Source: the human T2T-CHM13v2.0 reference genome, Homo sapiens. Taken from it: 64,000 bases of DNA. How positions within the stretch are numbered: position 1 is the stretch's first letter; the number at the start of each line of letters is the position of its first letter. Position numbers and translations under genes: made by a program. The stretch lies in NCBI RefSeq assembly GCF_009914755.1, contig NC_060940.1, one strand, 5' to 3'. This document shows, piece by piece, positions 39,617 to 53,864 of this stretch. The notes below the pieces were generated by a model. It was not told where the DNA came from. It saw nothing but the letters and a program-made list of their open reading frames with translations, and searched no databases.

Positions 39617-42600
39617 TTTTTTTTTAATTACAGATAGTAAAATAGATCACCTTTATGGGGGTGTACAATGGTAAGAGTTTTAACACATAGACGTGACTAC
39701 AGTCAAGATGCAGAACAGTTATATCACCCCAGAAAATCCCTCATGCATACCTTCATAGTGAAACCCTCACCCTGTCCTGATCCTTAGCAACCACTGATCT
39801 GTTCTCTGTCCTTACAGTTTTGCTTTTCATATGTATGGAATCATAGGGTGTGCAGCAACCTTTGTCTCTGGCTTTTTTCACTCAGCCTTTGAGATTCATG
39901 TTGCTGTGTGCATCAGTAGTTTGTTCCTTTTTATTGCTGAGTAGTTTTCCATTGTATAGGTGTACCACGTTTTTTAATCCATTGAAGAATATTTAGGTTG
40001 TTTCCAATTTTGAGTGGTTATGGAGAAAACTCCTATAAACATTCATATGCAGGGTTTTGTCTGAAGACAAGTTTCTATTTCTGTAAATACCTAGGAGTGA
40101 GATAACTGGATAATATATTAAGTGTATGCTTAACTTTGTAAGAAGCTACCACAATTATTTTCCAGAGTGATGTGCTATTTTGCCTTCCAACCAGCAATGA
40201 GTAAGAGAGTTCATTACTACATCCTCAGCAGCACTTGCTATCGTCAGCTTGTTTTTTCCTTTTTTTTTAAAGTTATTCTAATAGGCGTACGGTAGTGTCA
40301 CATTGTGGCCCTAATTTGCATTTCCCTAATGACTAATGATGTTGATCATCTTTTCATCTAATTATTTGCCATCCACATATTTTCTTTGTGAAGTGTGTTC
40401 AAATATTTGCCCACTTTTTAATTGAGTTGTTTTCCTTATTGTTGAGTTTTGAGTTATTTAAATATTCTGGGTACAAGTAGTTATGTAATTTGTAAATGAC
40501 TTCTCCTTTTCTGTAGTTTGTTTTTTCATTCTCTTACCTGTCTTTTGCAGAGGAAAATCTTTTTAGTGAAGTCCAGTTAATTACCTTTTTTCTTTTATTG
40601 TGTTTTTTTTGGTACAAAAAATGTCTAAGATCTCTTTACCTCACCTAAGGTCACAAAGTTTTTCACCATATGTAGTCTTTTAAAAATTTTATAGTTTTAT
40701 ATTTAAGATCTGTGGTCTATTTTGAGTTAATTTTTGTATAAGGTGTGAGATATATATCAGTGTATTTTCTCCTTCCTCCTTCCCTCCATTCCTTCTTTTC
40801 TTTCTTTTTTCTTTCCTTCCTTCCTTTTTTTTTTTTTTAAAGAAAGTTAAGTCTCTTTTTCCTCCTTTCTTGGGCAGAGGTGTGTTCAATTGTTCCCACA
40901 CCATTTGTTGAAGAGGCTATTCTTTCTCCATTGAATGGCCTTTGCACCTTTGTCAAAAATTAATACACTCTATTTATATGGGTTTATCACTGGACTCTCC
41001 ATTCTGTTTCATTGATCTATGCGTCTATCTTTGTCTAATACTGTGCCATCTTGATTACTATAGCTTCATAGTAAGTCTTAAAATCAGATAGTATGCAATG
41101 GAACAGAATAGAGAATCCAGAAATAAAGCCACGCACAGCCATCTAATCTTTTACAAAGTTGGCAAAAATGAGCAATGGGGAAAGAACTCTCTATTCAATA
41201 AATGGTGCTAGGATAGCTGGCTAGCTATATGCTGAAGAATGAAATTGGACCCCTACCTTTCACCATATACAGAAATTAACTCAAGATGCATTAAAGACTT
41301 AAATGAAGACCTCAAACTATAAGAATTCTAGAAGAAAACCTAGGAAACACCATTCTAAAAATCAGACTTGGGAAATAATTTATGACTAAGTTCTCAATAG
41401 GAATTGCAACAAAAACAAAAATTGACAAGTGGGACCTAATTAAACTAAATAGCTTCTGCACAGCAAAATAAATCATCAACAGAGTAAGCAGACAACCTAA
41501 AGAATGGGAGAAAATATTTGCAAACTATGTATCTGACAAAGATCAAATATTCAGAATCTATAAGGAACTTAAACAACTGAACAATCAGAAAACAAATAAC
41601 TCTAATAAAAATGGGCAAAGAGCATGAACAGACACTTCTCAAAAGAAGACACACAAGTGGCCAACAAACATATGGAAAAATTCTCCACTTCACTAATCAT
41701 CAGAAACATGCAAATCAAAACCCACAATGAGATATCATCTCATACCAGTGAGAATGGCCATCATTAAAATAATTTTTAGAAAATAGATGTTGGTGAAGCT
41801 GCAGAGAAAAGGGAATGCTTATGGACTGTTGGTGGGAATGTAGTTAGTTCAGGCATTGTGAAAAGCTGTTTAGAGATTTCTCAAAGAACTTAAAACAAAA
41901 CTACCATTCAACCTAGCAACCCCATTACTGGGTATCTACCCAAAATAAAACAAATCATTCTACCAAAAAAGCACATGCCCTTGCATGTTCATCACAGCAC
42001 TATTCACAACAGTAAAGACATGGAATCAACTTAGCTGCCCATCAACAGTGTATTGGATACAGAAAATATGGTACATACACACCATGGAATACTATGCAGC
42101 CATAAAAAGGAAAGAAACTATGTTCTTTTACAGCAACATGGCTGAAGCTGTACACCATTATCCTAAGGAACAGAAAACCAAATACTGCATGTTCTCACTT
42201 ATAAGTGAGAGCTAAACATTGGTACTCATGGACACAAAGATGGCAACAATAGACACTGAGGACTACTAGAAGGGGAAGGGAGGGAAGAAGGGGGACAAGG
42301 ATTGAAAAACTAATTTTTGGGTACTATGTTCAGTACCTGGGTGATGGGATCATTTGTACTCCAAACCTCAGCATCATGCAATATACCCAGGTAACAGATC
42401 TGCACGTATACTCCCTGAATCTAAAATAAAAGTTGAAAAAAAAAGCAGACAGTATGAGATTCTCCAACTTTGTTCTTTTAAAAAAGGTTTTTGGCTATTT
42501 TGACTTTCTTTGTAAATGTTACAATTAATTTGTCTATATCTATAAAAATTCATGCTGGGATTTTGATTGAAATTGCATTAAATATCTGGATCATTTTGGG

Positions 42601-44310
42601 AGAGAACTGGTATCTTAACCATGTTGAATTTTCCAATACATGAGCACAACATGTCTCTTCCATTATTAGATCTTATTTAATTTCTTTCATCATTGTTTTG
42701 TAGTTTTCAGCATACAGATCTTGCATACATCTTTGTTAGATTTATATCTATGTAGCTAGTTTTTCTGAAACTATTGTACATGTTATTTTTTAATATTCCA
42801 GTTTTCAACTGCTCATATCTGGCATGTAAACAACTCTTGACCTTGCTAAACTCAATAGTTCTCATTTTTGTTTTTGCGTTTTTTGAAGATAGAATTCTTT
42901 GGGATTTTCTATGTATACAGTTCTGTTATCTATGAATAAAGAGGATTTTCTTTCTTTCTTTCCCAGTTCTGTGTCTTTTTTGGTTTTGGCCTTATTACCT
43001 ACGACAGGATTTTCACGACAAATTGGAGAATTGGAGTTGTGTGAGTGAACATCTTTTTCTTGTTTCCTATCTTAGGATGTAAGCATGTATTTTTTTTTTT
43101 TCATCATTAAATACGATGTTGGCTGTAGTTTTTTTGTGGATGTCCTTTATCAGGTTAAAGAAGTTCCATTTTATTCCTAGTTTTCTGAGAGTTTTTATCA
43201 TGGATAAATGTTGAGTTTTTAAGAATGCTTTTTTTTTGTATCAATTGGTAAGACCATGCAATTTTTCTTCTTTAATCTGTTAATATGGAAGATTACAGTG
43301 ACTGATTTTCAAATGTTGAACCAGCTTTGCATTCCTGGGATAAACTGCATCTGGCCATGATACATTATCCTTTTAATATATTACTGGACTGGATTTGCTA
43401 ATATTTTGGTGAGAATTTTTGTGTCTATATTCATGAGAGATATTGGTCTGTAGGTTTCTTGTATCGTCATTTTCCGGTTTGGGGATCAAGGTAGTTCTGG
43501 CCTCTTAAAATAAGTTAGAAGTGTTTCCTCTTCTATGTTTTTGGAACAACATGTGTAGAAAATTTTCTTTAAATGTTTGCTATAATTCACAGAGAGACAA
43601 TCTGAGTCTGCAGTTTTCATTTTCAGATGATTTTAAGCTATAATTTCAATTTCTTTGTGGATAATGGGCTACTTAGTCTATTCTGGATGAGTTTAGTAAT
43701 TTGTGGTTTCAAGGACTTGAGCAATTTTATCTAAGCTGTCAAATTTGTATGTATATGGCTGTTCATAGTATTTTCTCATTAAACTTTTAACATCTGTATA
43801 ATCTGTAGTGAAATTTTCTCTTTAATCCCAAATAATAGTAATTTGTGTTGTTTCTATTTCTTTGAGACTCTGGCTAGACTTTTATCAATTTTATTAATTT
43901 TTTCAAACAACCAATTTTGTTTTTTTTATTTCTCTATTTTTCTGTTTCTTAAATTTCATTGATTTCCACTCATTAGTATCTCCCTTTTCTTCTGCTTGCT
44001 TTGGATTTTTTATCTCATTTAGTTTTTTTAAAAGATAAATACTAGGTTGTTAATATGAAACCTTTACTTTATTAAATATAAGTGTTTAATGTTGTACCTT
44101 TGTCTTTAAACATTGCTTTAGCTGCATCCCATAAATTTGACATGCTGTGTTTTATATTTGTTCAATTATTTGTTCAAACTATTATTTAATTCTCCCTGAG
44201 ATTTCTTTCTGACCTACGGATTATTTAGAAGTATGTTGTTTATTTAATATCTATATACTTGAATATTTTTTTCCAGATATCTTTGTTACTGATTTCTAGT
44301 TTAATTCCAA
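39617..44310 (-). mobile_element. Old L1M (MC/MD-like), about 3.3 kb, interrupted by a younger L1
   Basis: T-rich antisense L1 3' UTR and ORF2 sequence continuous on both sides of 41096-42440. Confidence 0.85.
41096..42440 (+). mobile_element. 5'-truncated L1PA15/16-like element (decayed ORF2 C-terminus and 3' UTR)
   Basis: caatggaacagaatagagaatccagaaata...; ORF 41985-42215 MFITALFTTVKTWNQ is the L1 ORF2 C-terminus; TSD aaaatcagatagtatg (41080-41095) / aaaagcagacagtatg (42441-42456). Confidence 0.92.
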
Positions 44311-44574
44311 GAGGCCTGCGTTTTGAGCCTCATATCCTAGAGCTGGAGGTAGAAATTGGGGCTAGCTTTGGGAATAGGTACAGCAAACTCTTTAGAAATG
44401 TTTATACCCTTTGACTCAACATTTCCACCTCTTTGCTCATATCCTAAGGAAATATTTATTAATGTAGACATAAATTTGAGTAATTCCCCCAAATCTGAAA
44501 CAAACCCAGATGCCAAACAGTAGGAGACTAAATTATGATAATCCAAACAGTGGAATATTATGCAGCCATTAAAA

Positions 44575-44869
44575 CTTATGCCTCTAATCCCAGTGCTTTG
44601 GGAGCCTGAGGCAGGAGGATTGCTTGAACCTAGGAGTTCAAGACCAGCCTGGGAAACAGAACAAGACCTTGTCTCTACAAAAAATAGAAAAATTAGCTGG
44701 GCATGGTAGTGCACACCTGTAATCCCAGTTACTTGGGAGTCTGAGGCAGGAGGATCCCTTGAGCCCAGAAAGTTGAGGCTGCAATGAGCTATAATTGCAC
44801 CACTGTACTACAGCCTGGGCAATAGAGGGAAGTCCCTACTCTTAAAAAAAAAAAAAAAAAAAAAAAAAA
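44575..44869 (+). mobile_element. AluJ, slightly 5'-truncated
   Basis: J-type gaggattgcttgaa and gttgaggctgcaatgagctat; A26 tail. Confidence 0.9.
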
Positions 44870-45043
44870 GACTCATCCTGAGGTCAATGTGGAGCATCAT
44901 GGGAAGGAGCTAATGATCTATTAAGTACTGGGTTTTAGGTCAACTCCCGTTAATCTCAATGAAATAACAAACTTTGCCTCTCTTGTTTATTGGTTTTTCT
45001 TTAGTGCCTGGAACATAGCACATACTCAGAAATATTTTAGTAA

Positions 45044-45429
<386 letters not shown>

Positions 45430-48186
45430 GTTCTGCTCTTTTTATGTGAGTTGCATTCTTGTTCCTCACGCTGGCTATATGTCATAAGCATGTTTTCCCT
45501 TCTTTTCCCTGTGATTCATTCCAGATCCATTTCAGCTGACACCCGGACACTTCTCCACATTTGCGGAGTGAGTCCTATTTGGGAGGTATTCACAGTCATC
45601 ATCTTTGATCACTAATTACGTACAACATCCTTACAACTAGCAGGTATAAGTAACCTCATTTTTCTGAAGAACAAATGCAGACAAACGTCACTGCCTAAAG
45701 GTCTGGGGTAAGTGAATGGCAGAGAAGCGTCTTGGGCCAGGATGTCCTGCTTCCAGCCCAGTGTCCTTCCCTTCACTCCCCATCCCAGCAGCCCTGGCCT
45801 ACCCGAGACAAGGGCTCGGGAGCGTCTGGGACCCCAATTTCATCAGAGGTGTCTAGCTTACCAGTGCCACGTGAAATGCCACAGTGGCTCTACAATCTTG
45901 CTGGTTCCTATGTTTCCCAAATACCAAAAGGGCACAGTCTTCCATAGCAACTAACAGTCTGAAAATGTAATGACTTTTTAAAAATCTTGGGCAACTGGGC
46001 CACTTGTGCTTTGCTGCTCTCTAGCTTATGTAAAACCACATAAAATACTGCAAGTGCACTCAGAAACCCTCAGCAGGCTCCAGTGAAAATAAAATGGGCT
46101 TGAGGGTGAACTGATCAAAAATTTTGGCCCTGTCACTGCGTGAACTCAGGCACATTACTGAATCTCTCTGAAAGTCACTTGCCTCATCTGATAATTGTGA
46201 TAAGTGGGCGTTAAAGGTAGTATTACAGTGAAATGATGAATGTCTTGTGCCTGGAAAATAGTAAGGGCTCAGTAAAGGGGATTTGCGCTATAACTCTCCT
46301 AGTCGGCAAAGATGCTCTAAATTCCTAAGTGTCCGACTTTTAAGGGAGGAGTACTCCAGTGGAACCGGAGTGAGCTCTGCCTGTTCCGGACCTGCTTTGC
46401 CTGTTTGACTTACTTCCCTCTTGTCTTTTCTTCCTTCCCCAAGATCTTGCACAGTCTCAACAAGAGTCCCTGATGGTAGGTGAGATCTTGCGGCTTCACC
46501 AGCCTAACTTCTGAGATGAGGGACGTGAGTGGAGCTTTTCACCTGCTCCAGATCTGCTCTGAATGGTCTTTGTTAAGTGTATGAATTGATACTAGAGACT
46601 GTTGAGAGACACTTACATTTGGGGAACTTTTTCTGAGGCTGAGAAACTGGAAGACTCCTTGGCTCTGAAGGAGAATTTCAGAGCTGGTTGTCCACACTCA
46701 CCACAGGCCAAGGCTCCATGGGGGAAGGACAGTGTGGATACTGGAGGCCCAACTCCCTTGCCTAGCACCGTCTCCTGCCCTTGTGTCTCCCCAGCATCTG
46801 AGACCTTCCTCCATTGCAACAGCACCCCCCAACTGGTAGCATAAGCACCTGGATTTATTTCCACTGTCCCAGCAGACTAGGAGCATCCTGAGAGTAAGGG
46901 CTGTGGCTCGCTCATCTCTCTATGCCCAGCACAGAGTTTAGTGACTCTTCCCTGAAAGAAGGAATGAAAGATGAGTTCATTTGAATCCTGAACTGCAGGC
47001 CACTGGGTGTAAAAGGAAAGCAAAGCTCTCGCCCACCCACCCACACCTGAAAATGTGGATCCTTCAAACAAGTTTAGCAAACAGGCTTTGTTCTCAGGTA
47101 CAGAGACAGCGTGACATTGTGTGAGTTGCTCTTCCTTTCCCTCTGTCTCTTTAGTGTCTGAGCAAAATGTTCTGCTTTTCATTGTCGCTCTTCAAACAGC
47201 ATGTTATTGTCATGCTTCTGCCTCCTTTTAATAAAGAGGAATGAGGAGGGTTTTCTTGTACACGCAAAATTAACACAAATCAAAACTGCTGCTGTTCTTT
47301 GATCCGTCCTGGACTCTGATTCGTGTCAGCCTTTTCATTTTCCCACTGAGAGTGTACAGCTCAGGAAGGATTACACGGGGAGGAAAACCGCTTACCACTT
47401 CCCATTTGATTAACACAATTTAATGCAGCAATAATGCCAGGGAAGTTCATTACCAGGGAAAAGCTCTGATGCAGGCTGCCCACAGTGTCTGGGGACGGGG
47501 TCTTTTTATTTAAAATGCAATCAAGCCCCTATGGTGAGTGGATCCGTGAAATCCTTCCTAAGCTGGGGAAGGTGGAATTGCCATTTAATGTAGACAGACA
47601 AAAATCCCTCCTGTTTGTACAGCTTTTGACAATTTATTCACGCTGTCTACGAATATTTAGTGTGGCTTCTTATGCTCAAAACCTTGGGATGAAGAAAACT
47701 GAAAGGGACTGTACCCTCATTGTGCTTACAGCCTAGAAGGGGAAGTGGACATTTTTCAAAGACGAGCACATTGCTGACAGGTCAGGATGTCATGAAGGGG
47801 TCGCGCTGGGAGTGTGGGAGCAGGTGGTGCAGCACCTGTCTGGGAAATCAGGGAAAACCACCCTGAGGAGGTGACATACAGGCCAAGCTCAGAAGCATGA
47901 GTAAGAGTTGATGTGGAACAAACACAAAGGGGAGAGGTAGAGCTCTTGAAGTTAAGAAACTCCTGTGTGAGTTGCGAGGCAGCAGGAGCCTGGCCCGCTA
48001 GCAACACTGTCAAGTTGTCCATGTGCCTGGGGCAGATGGGGCAGGGGACAGATGGGGATGGCACCGGAGAAGAGTTTTGACGTACCCAAGGCCCCAGGCT
48101 GCCTCCTTCTTGCTCTGTGGCAGCCTGGTGTGAACAACGTAGAGTCTCCCTCATGGCCAAGGAAAGATCAGGAATGTGTGCTCTCT

Positions 48187-48640
<454 letters not shown>

Positions 48641-50530
48641 TCAGCCCCACGGGGACCCTCCTCAGCTCCTAGGATGGGAAGACGACGGCCTAGAAGGTCC
48701 AGGCTGGAAGCCCATCCTGAGTTATCTGGTTCACTTGTGTCTCAGTTTCTGCCTCTGCAAAATGAGCTCACTGGGGTCACTCTTTGCTTGCCTTGCAGCA
48801 CTATTGGATGGACAACCTAAGATAGGAGACTCAAGCAGTTTCACAGAGTTCTGGAGAAATATCAGGGCTAATCAATGGTAACCACTGGCAGAACCTGCAG
48901 GGTGGGAACCAGATCGGCGCTGGCTGGGCATGAGGAAGGTGCCTTGAACTACGTGGAGATTGGGAAGATTCTGCCTGACTTCCAGGAATAGATTTGAGTC
49001 TTGTGAGGAACTGGGGCTCTGAAATCATCCTTGTGTCACCATAGGCTAAGATATGTTGCAGTAAAAACAAACCTCAAGTCTCTTAGTGCCACAGAAGCTT
49101 ATTTCTTGTTCACATGAACCTGGCTTCAGGTCTGGGCAACCATCCAGGGCCACCGTCCTCGATACCATGGGTCAGCTGTCCAGGGGAGGGAGGCTGCGGC
49201 TGACTGCCACAGGTCATCAGAGTCTCACCCCACCTGGAAGTGACATGGTCCTTCCACACTCATTGCAGCGGCCAAAGCGGGTCACATGGCCATACTCATG
49301 CTCAGGGGGCAGAGGCACTCCATGGTCCTGCGTGGCTGAAAGAAGAGGAAAGTGGGAAGTTTGGGAGAGCAGCGCTCACAGCTACTGTCCTCCTCTTGGG
49401 ACTCCTCAGCTGTGTTCACAGGACTCCAGACACTGTCCATTCCCAGCCCTCCCTCGACTCAGGACAAAAGCCAGACCCTGCTGTAATGAAGGAGCTTTCC
49501 AGTTGGGCCCCCACTGTGTGTCCAGCCCACTCTCCCGGCAGCACCAGTGCCAGCCAGACTCAACTGCTTTAAGTGCCCTCCCCCTGCTTCCTTTCCTCCG
49601 TGGCTCTCAGCCAGCTGCTTCCACTTTTGGAACCCATTCCTTGACTTCACAGAATAATCCCTACTGAGGGCAAGCATCCCTGCTTTGCAAACCTGCCCTG
49701 CCCCGCCCCTGCTCTTCCTCTCTCCACCCCCAGCCTGGGCCAGCTGCTTCTCCTCCAGTCCTGACAGCGTTCAGGCCACTCTGCCACCTGCCCCCACAGC
49801 CCTGACCATGGGCATCCTGCCTCCTTAGCCCACATGCCTCCTTTGACCCCATAACATTTATCACCTTTTAACACACTACATATTTGTTTGTTTCTTATGC
49901 ACGCTGTTTGTTTCCTGTCTTCTCTTCTGGAATCTGGACTCCACAAGGCAGGGATCTTGCTCTCTTTCATTCACAAATGCATCCCACATGCCTAGCATGG
50001 GGCCCGGCACTTATTAGGTGCTCAAGAAATATGTGCTGAGTGTCCCCAGGGAATGCCCAGCCATGCCTTGGCTCCCCCAGCTGTCTAGTCCCAGAGCATA
50101 GAAGCCTCTCTTTCCAGATCATCTTGCTTGCATTTAGAGGCAACTAAAACCCCTCTGAAAATGAAGGATCTCCTGGTCAGCGTGTCTGCCCATCAGGACA
50201 TTAATAGTAAATGACAATGCCTCACTGAGGCCCACTGAGAGGAAGGGAATTGTTGAAGGGTGTTGCCACCATGGCTGCCTGCCTCTGGCCAGGGAAGTCA
50301 AAGGAAAGGCCGGGAGAGGCCTGATGAGCAGCCCAGTGGGAGGGAAGCCCAGGAGAACAGGGTCTCCAATCCCTGAATAATCCTTAAAAGGAGAGAAAGA
50401 CCAGCTCTTTCTCATTTCCCCTGAATGGCAATGGCAGAGGCTGTCTTGAGGAAGTACAGATTGCTCTGATTACCAGATTTGAACCAGAAAATTAAAGTAG
50501 AGGCTAGCGATATAAAGAAAAAGACACACA

Positions 50531-50758
50531 GGCCAGGGGCGATGGCTCACACCTATTATCCCAGTGCTTTAGGAGGCCAAGGCAGGAAGATTGCTTGAGG
50601 CCAGGAGTTTGAGACCAGCCTGGGCAATGTAGCAAACCCCTTTTCTACAAAAAAGTTTAAAAATTAGCCGGACGTGGTGGCGCACACCTATAGTCTCAGC
50701 TACTTGGGAGGCTGAGGTGAGAGGATTGCTTGAGCCCAGGAATTCGAGGCTGCAATGA
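50531..50758 (+). mobile_element. AluJ lacking its 3' end and tail
   Basis: Stops at gaggctgcaatga; no A tail or TSD. Confidence 0.88.
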
Positions 50759-52596
50759 AATTGGGCTTCACTTTGTGGTCTTGGGTGGAGGGGACCAGAC
50801 TGAGGGCTTGTCGAAGTTTTCTTACTATTTCCTATCGGTGTGAATTCAGCTTTCTCATCCTGTACATAACTGTCACATGCAATCTTAGGAACGCACTTTA
50901 CTTCCCTCTTGCAGGCAGAAGACACATCTGTAATCAGCCTCCTCTGTTGGAGAGAAAATACCTGCATGAGCGAAGCGAATTGAATAGGGGGAGGAGAGCC
51001 TCTTTTTGCCAGCTGAGAGCCTGAGCCTGGCTCTGTGGAGCCACCTGGGCCTTGCATGGTGACAGGAACTCTTTGCTGACAAGCCCTTAGTCTGTGGGAA
51101 GGTTTATCTGCCAGCGCTTTAATAAACTCTTCATTATAGCAGCTCAAACCTGGTGACCTTTACCCTCTGTGGGGGCCTCCATGTGTCACGCACTATTTAT
51201 TCACTGCCTCGAGACTTCCAGTCAGGAAGGTCGAGACCTGCTGTAATTTGATAAGCATTTGGGATGTCAAAGTACAGAATCCAGCTTCTTTTCTCCTTTG
51301 GACAACAGAAATAGTGTGCTGATGTTTGGTGTTTCTTCCTCTCCCATTCCTCTGCAGTAGTGATTATACTCTCATGGCTTTCTTTCTTTTGGTTTGTCAC
51401 ATCTGTGGATGAAAGGGAGAGATGGGCTTGGGTTTGGCCTCTGGAAGCATGTGAAGAGTTAGTCCTAACGTTGTGTCTTCTGTTTGCGTGATGCTCTGAC
51501 CTTCCCAAGGGCCTCCACGTCTGTGTTTTGTCCTTACAGCTTCCCGGCCAGGAAAAGCAGGACAAGGCGTGTTCTATTTGCAGATGGAGCTGTTCAGGCT
51601 CAGAGAGGAGCTGTGATCTGCCTTAGCATCCAGAATGAGCTAAAGACAGACTTAGTGAGAACCCAGCTTGCCTGGATTCTGTTTACTAAGGTGTCTGGCA
51701 AATATTTAGTGAGTTGTTACCCTGTGCCAGGCATTTTTCTAGGGGCTGGAGAGATGCTGATGCAAAAACAGACAAGGTCTGTGCTTGAGTAGAGTATCCA
51801 TCTGAAAGTAGAGGTAGATTTAGGATATTCTCATACTTTTCTGCCAAATGGTTGTGTTTTCCTAATTTAACTTTAAAACAAGGCTTAGGATGTAGCACTG
51901 TCACTTGGAGTCTCTCTTTCTTTCTCTGTTTTTCCTTTTCTCCCCTTTTCTCCTTCTTTTCCTCTTTCTCTTCCTTTTTCTTTTCTATTAGGACCTGCTG
52001 CGGGGGGTGGGGGGGGTACAAATTTATTGCCACAACTGTCTACTTCTTTTCTTTCTTTCCTTCCTAATGATTTCAATACTTTTTGATACAATGCACCAAA
52101 GGCTTTTCTTGCACGGGAACAAAAGGTGAAATGTTAATATGATTTTATCTGGGCTCAGATTGGATAAGGAAGACCTTTTGTTTCCTACCTTTCATCTTCA
52201 AGTCGGCACTCGTTAATTAAATCAAGCCTGTGGAAAGTGACCTTTGGGGGATGGAGACTCCTGAGAATAGAATATTTTAATCAAAAATGGGCAATAAATA
52301 AATAAGCAAGAAAACAGCGGTTAGACAAGAAACACTCTGAAAACTTTCAGATGAGGGCTCTTGAAGGAAAGGTAATTTGCTTTTTTGGGGGGTGGTGAAA
52401 GTTCATACTTAGGTTATGAGCCACGACGGTCCTGCAAATGGGGCCACTTGGACAAAATCATTCACCCTTCCTTCCATACATCCTAGAACAGGGAACAGGC
52501 CCCTGCTGATTTTACACCCCCAAGACCACCATGGTGCTTTTCTTGCAGTCGGATTGCAAAAGGGGCAGCCCCATTTCTCTGAGCCCTTGCCTTACC

Positions 52597-52614
52597 TGGC
52601 CACAAGGGGGCGTA
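52597..52614 (+). promoter_or_regulatory. Candidate CTCF site TGGCCACAAGGGGGCGTA
   Basis: Close match to the consensus TGGCCACCAGGGGGCGCTA in unique sequence, CpG retained. Confidence 0.55.
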
Positions 52615-53199
52615 AAAGAGACCCTTTTTTTTTTTTTTTTTTTTTTTTCCTCTGTGTGCAGAGGTAACCTGTGAGGCTGCGCACCTCTGGGCCAGGTGTG
52701 GCTGATGGATGACTCGGTCCGCTGGGTTTGGGGGGACTAAAAGGGCGCTGGACATCTGCCTGCTCATGGGAGTCAGCCTCACCCCAAATCTGAAAATTCA
52801 TTATGCTGGGGCAAGACAGGCTTCCGCTGTACAGGAAATAAATGGATGGGAGGACTGTGGCGGGTGAAAGTGTGGGCTTTGGAGGCTCTGGGACTTATTT
52901 GCTGTGTGATTTTAAGTGCACTAGTTAGCTTTTTTGAGTCTCAATTTCGTAAACTATAAAATGGGGATAATAATCTCACTTTATAAGGTTCATGAGAGGA
53001 GTCCATGAAATTATAAATATAATAAGTTGGCATGAAAGTGACGGGTACTCAATGCAGAATGGTCATTATGATGGCTCTGTCCCTCCGCAGCCCCACCCTG
53101 CCCACAAAATGTGCTGCCTGCAGAGAATCCAGGCATATCGCACTGCCTTTTTCATATTTTAACAGAAAGTTCTACTTAAATATACAGTAAGTCTTCTAA

Positions 53200-53864
<665 letters not shown>

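Noticed and set aside
41445-42215. L1 ORF2-like peptides
   Set aside because: Fragment of a 5'-truncated L1 with stops and frameshifts; not a functional CDS
49086-49667. 193-aa ORF
   Set aside because: Non-ATG start, overlaps an MLT1 relic, no recognisable domain
52625-52670. Possible recursive splice site (T tract, tgcagag|gtaacc)
   Set aside because: The AG before GT is GAG, the donor is weak, and no host gene is evident
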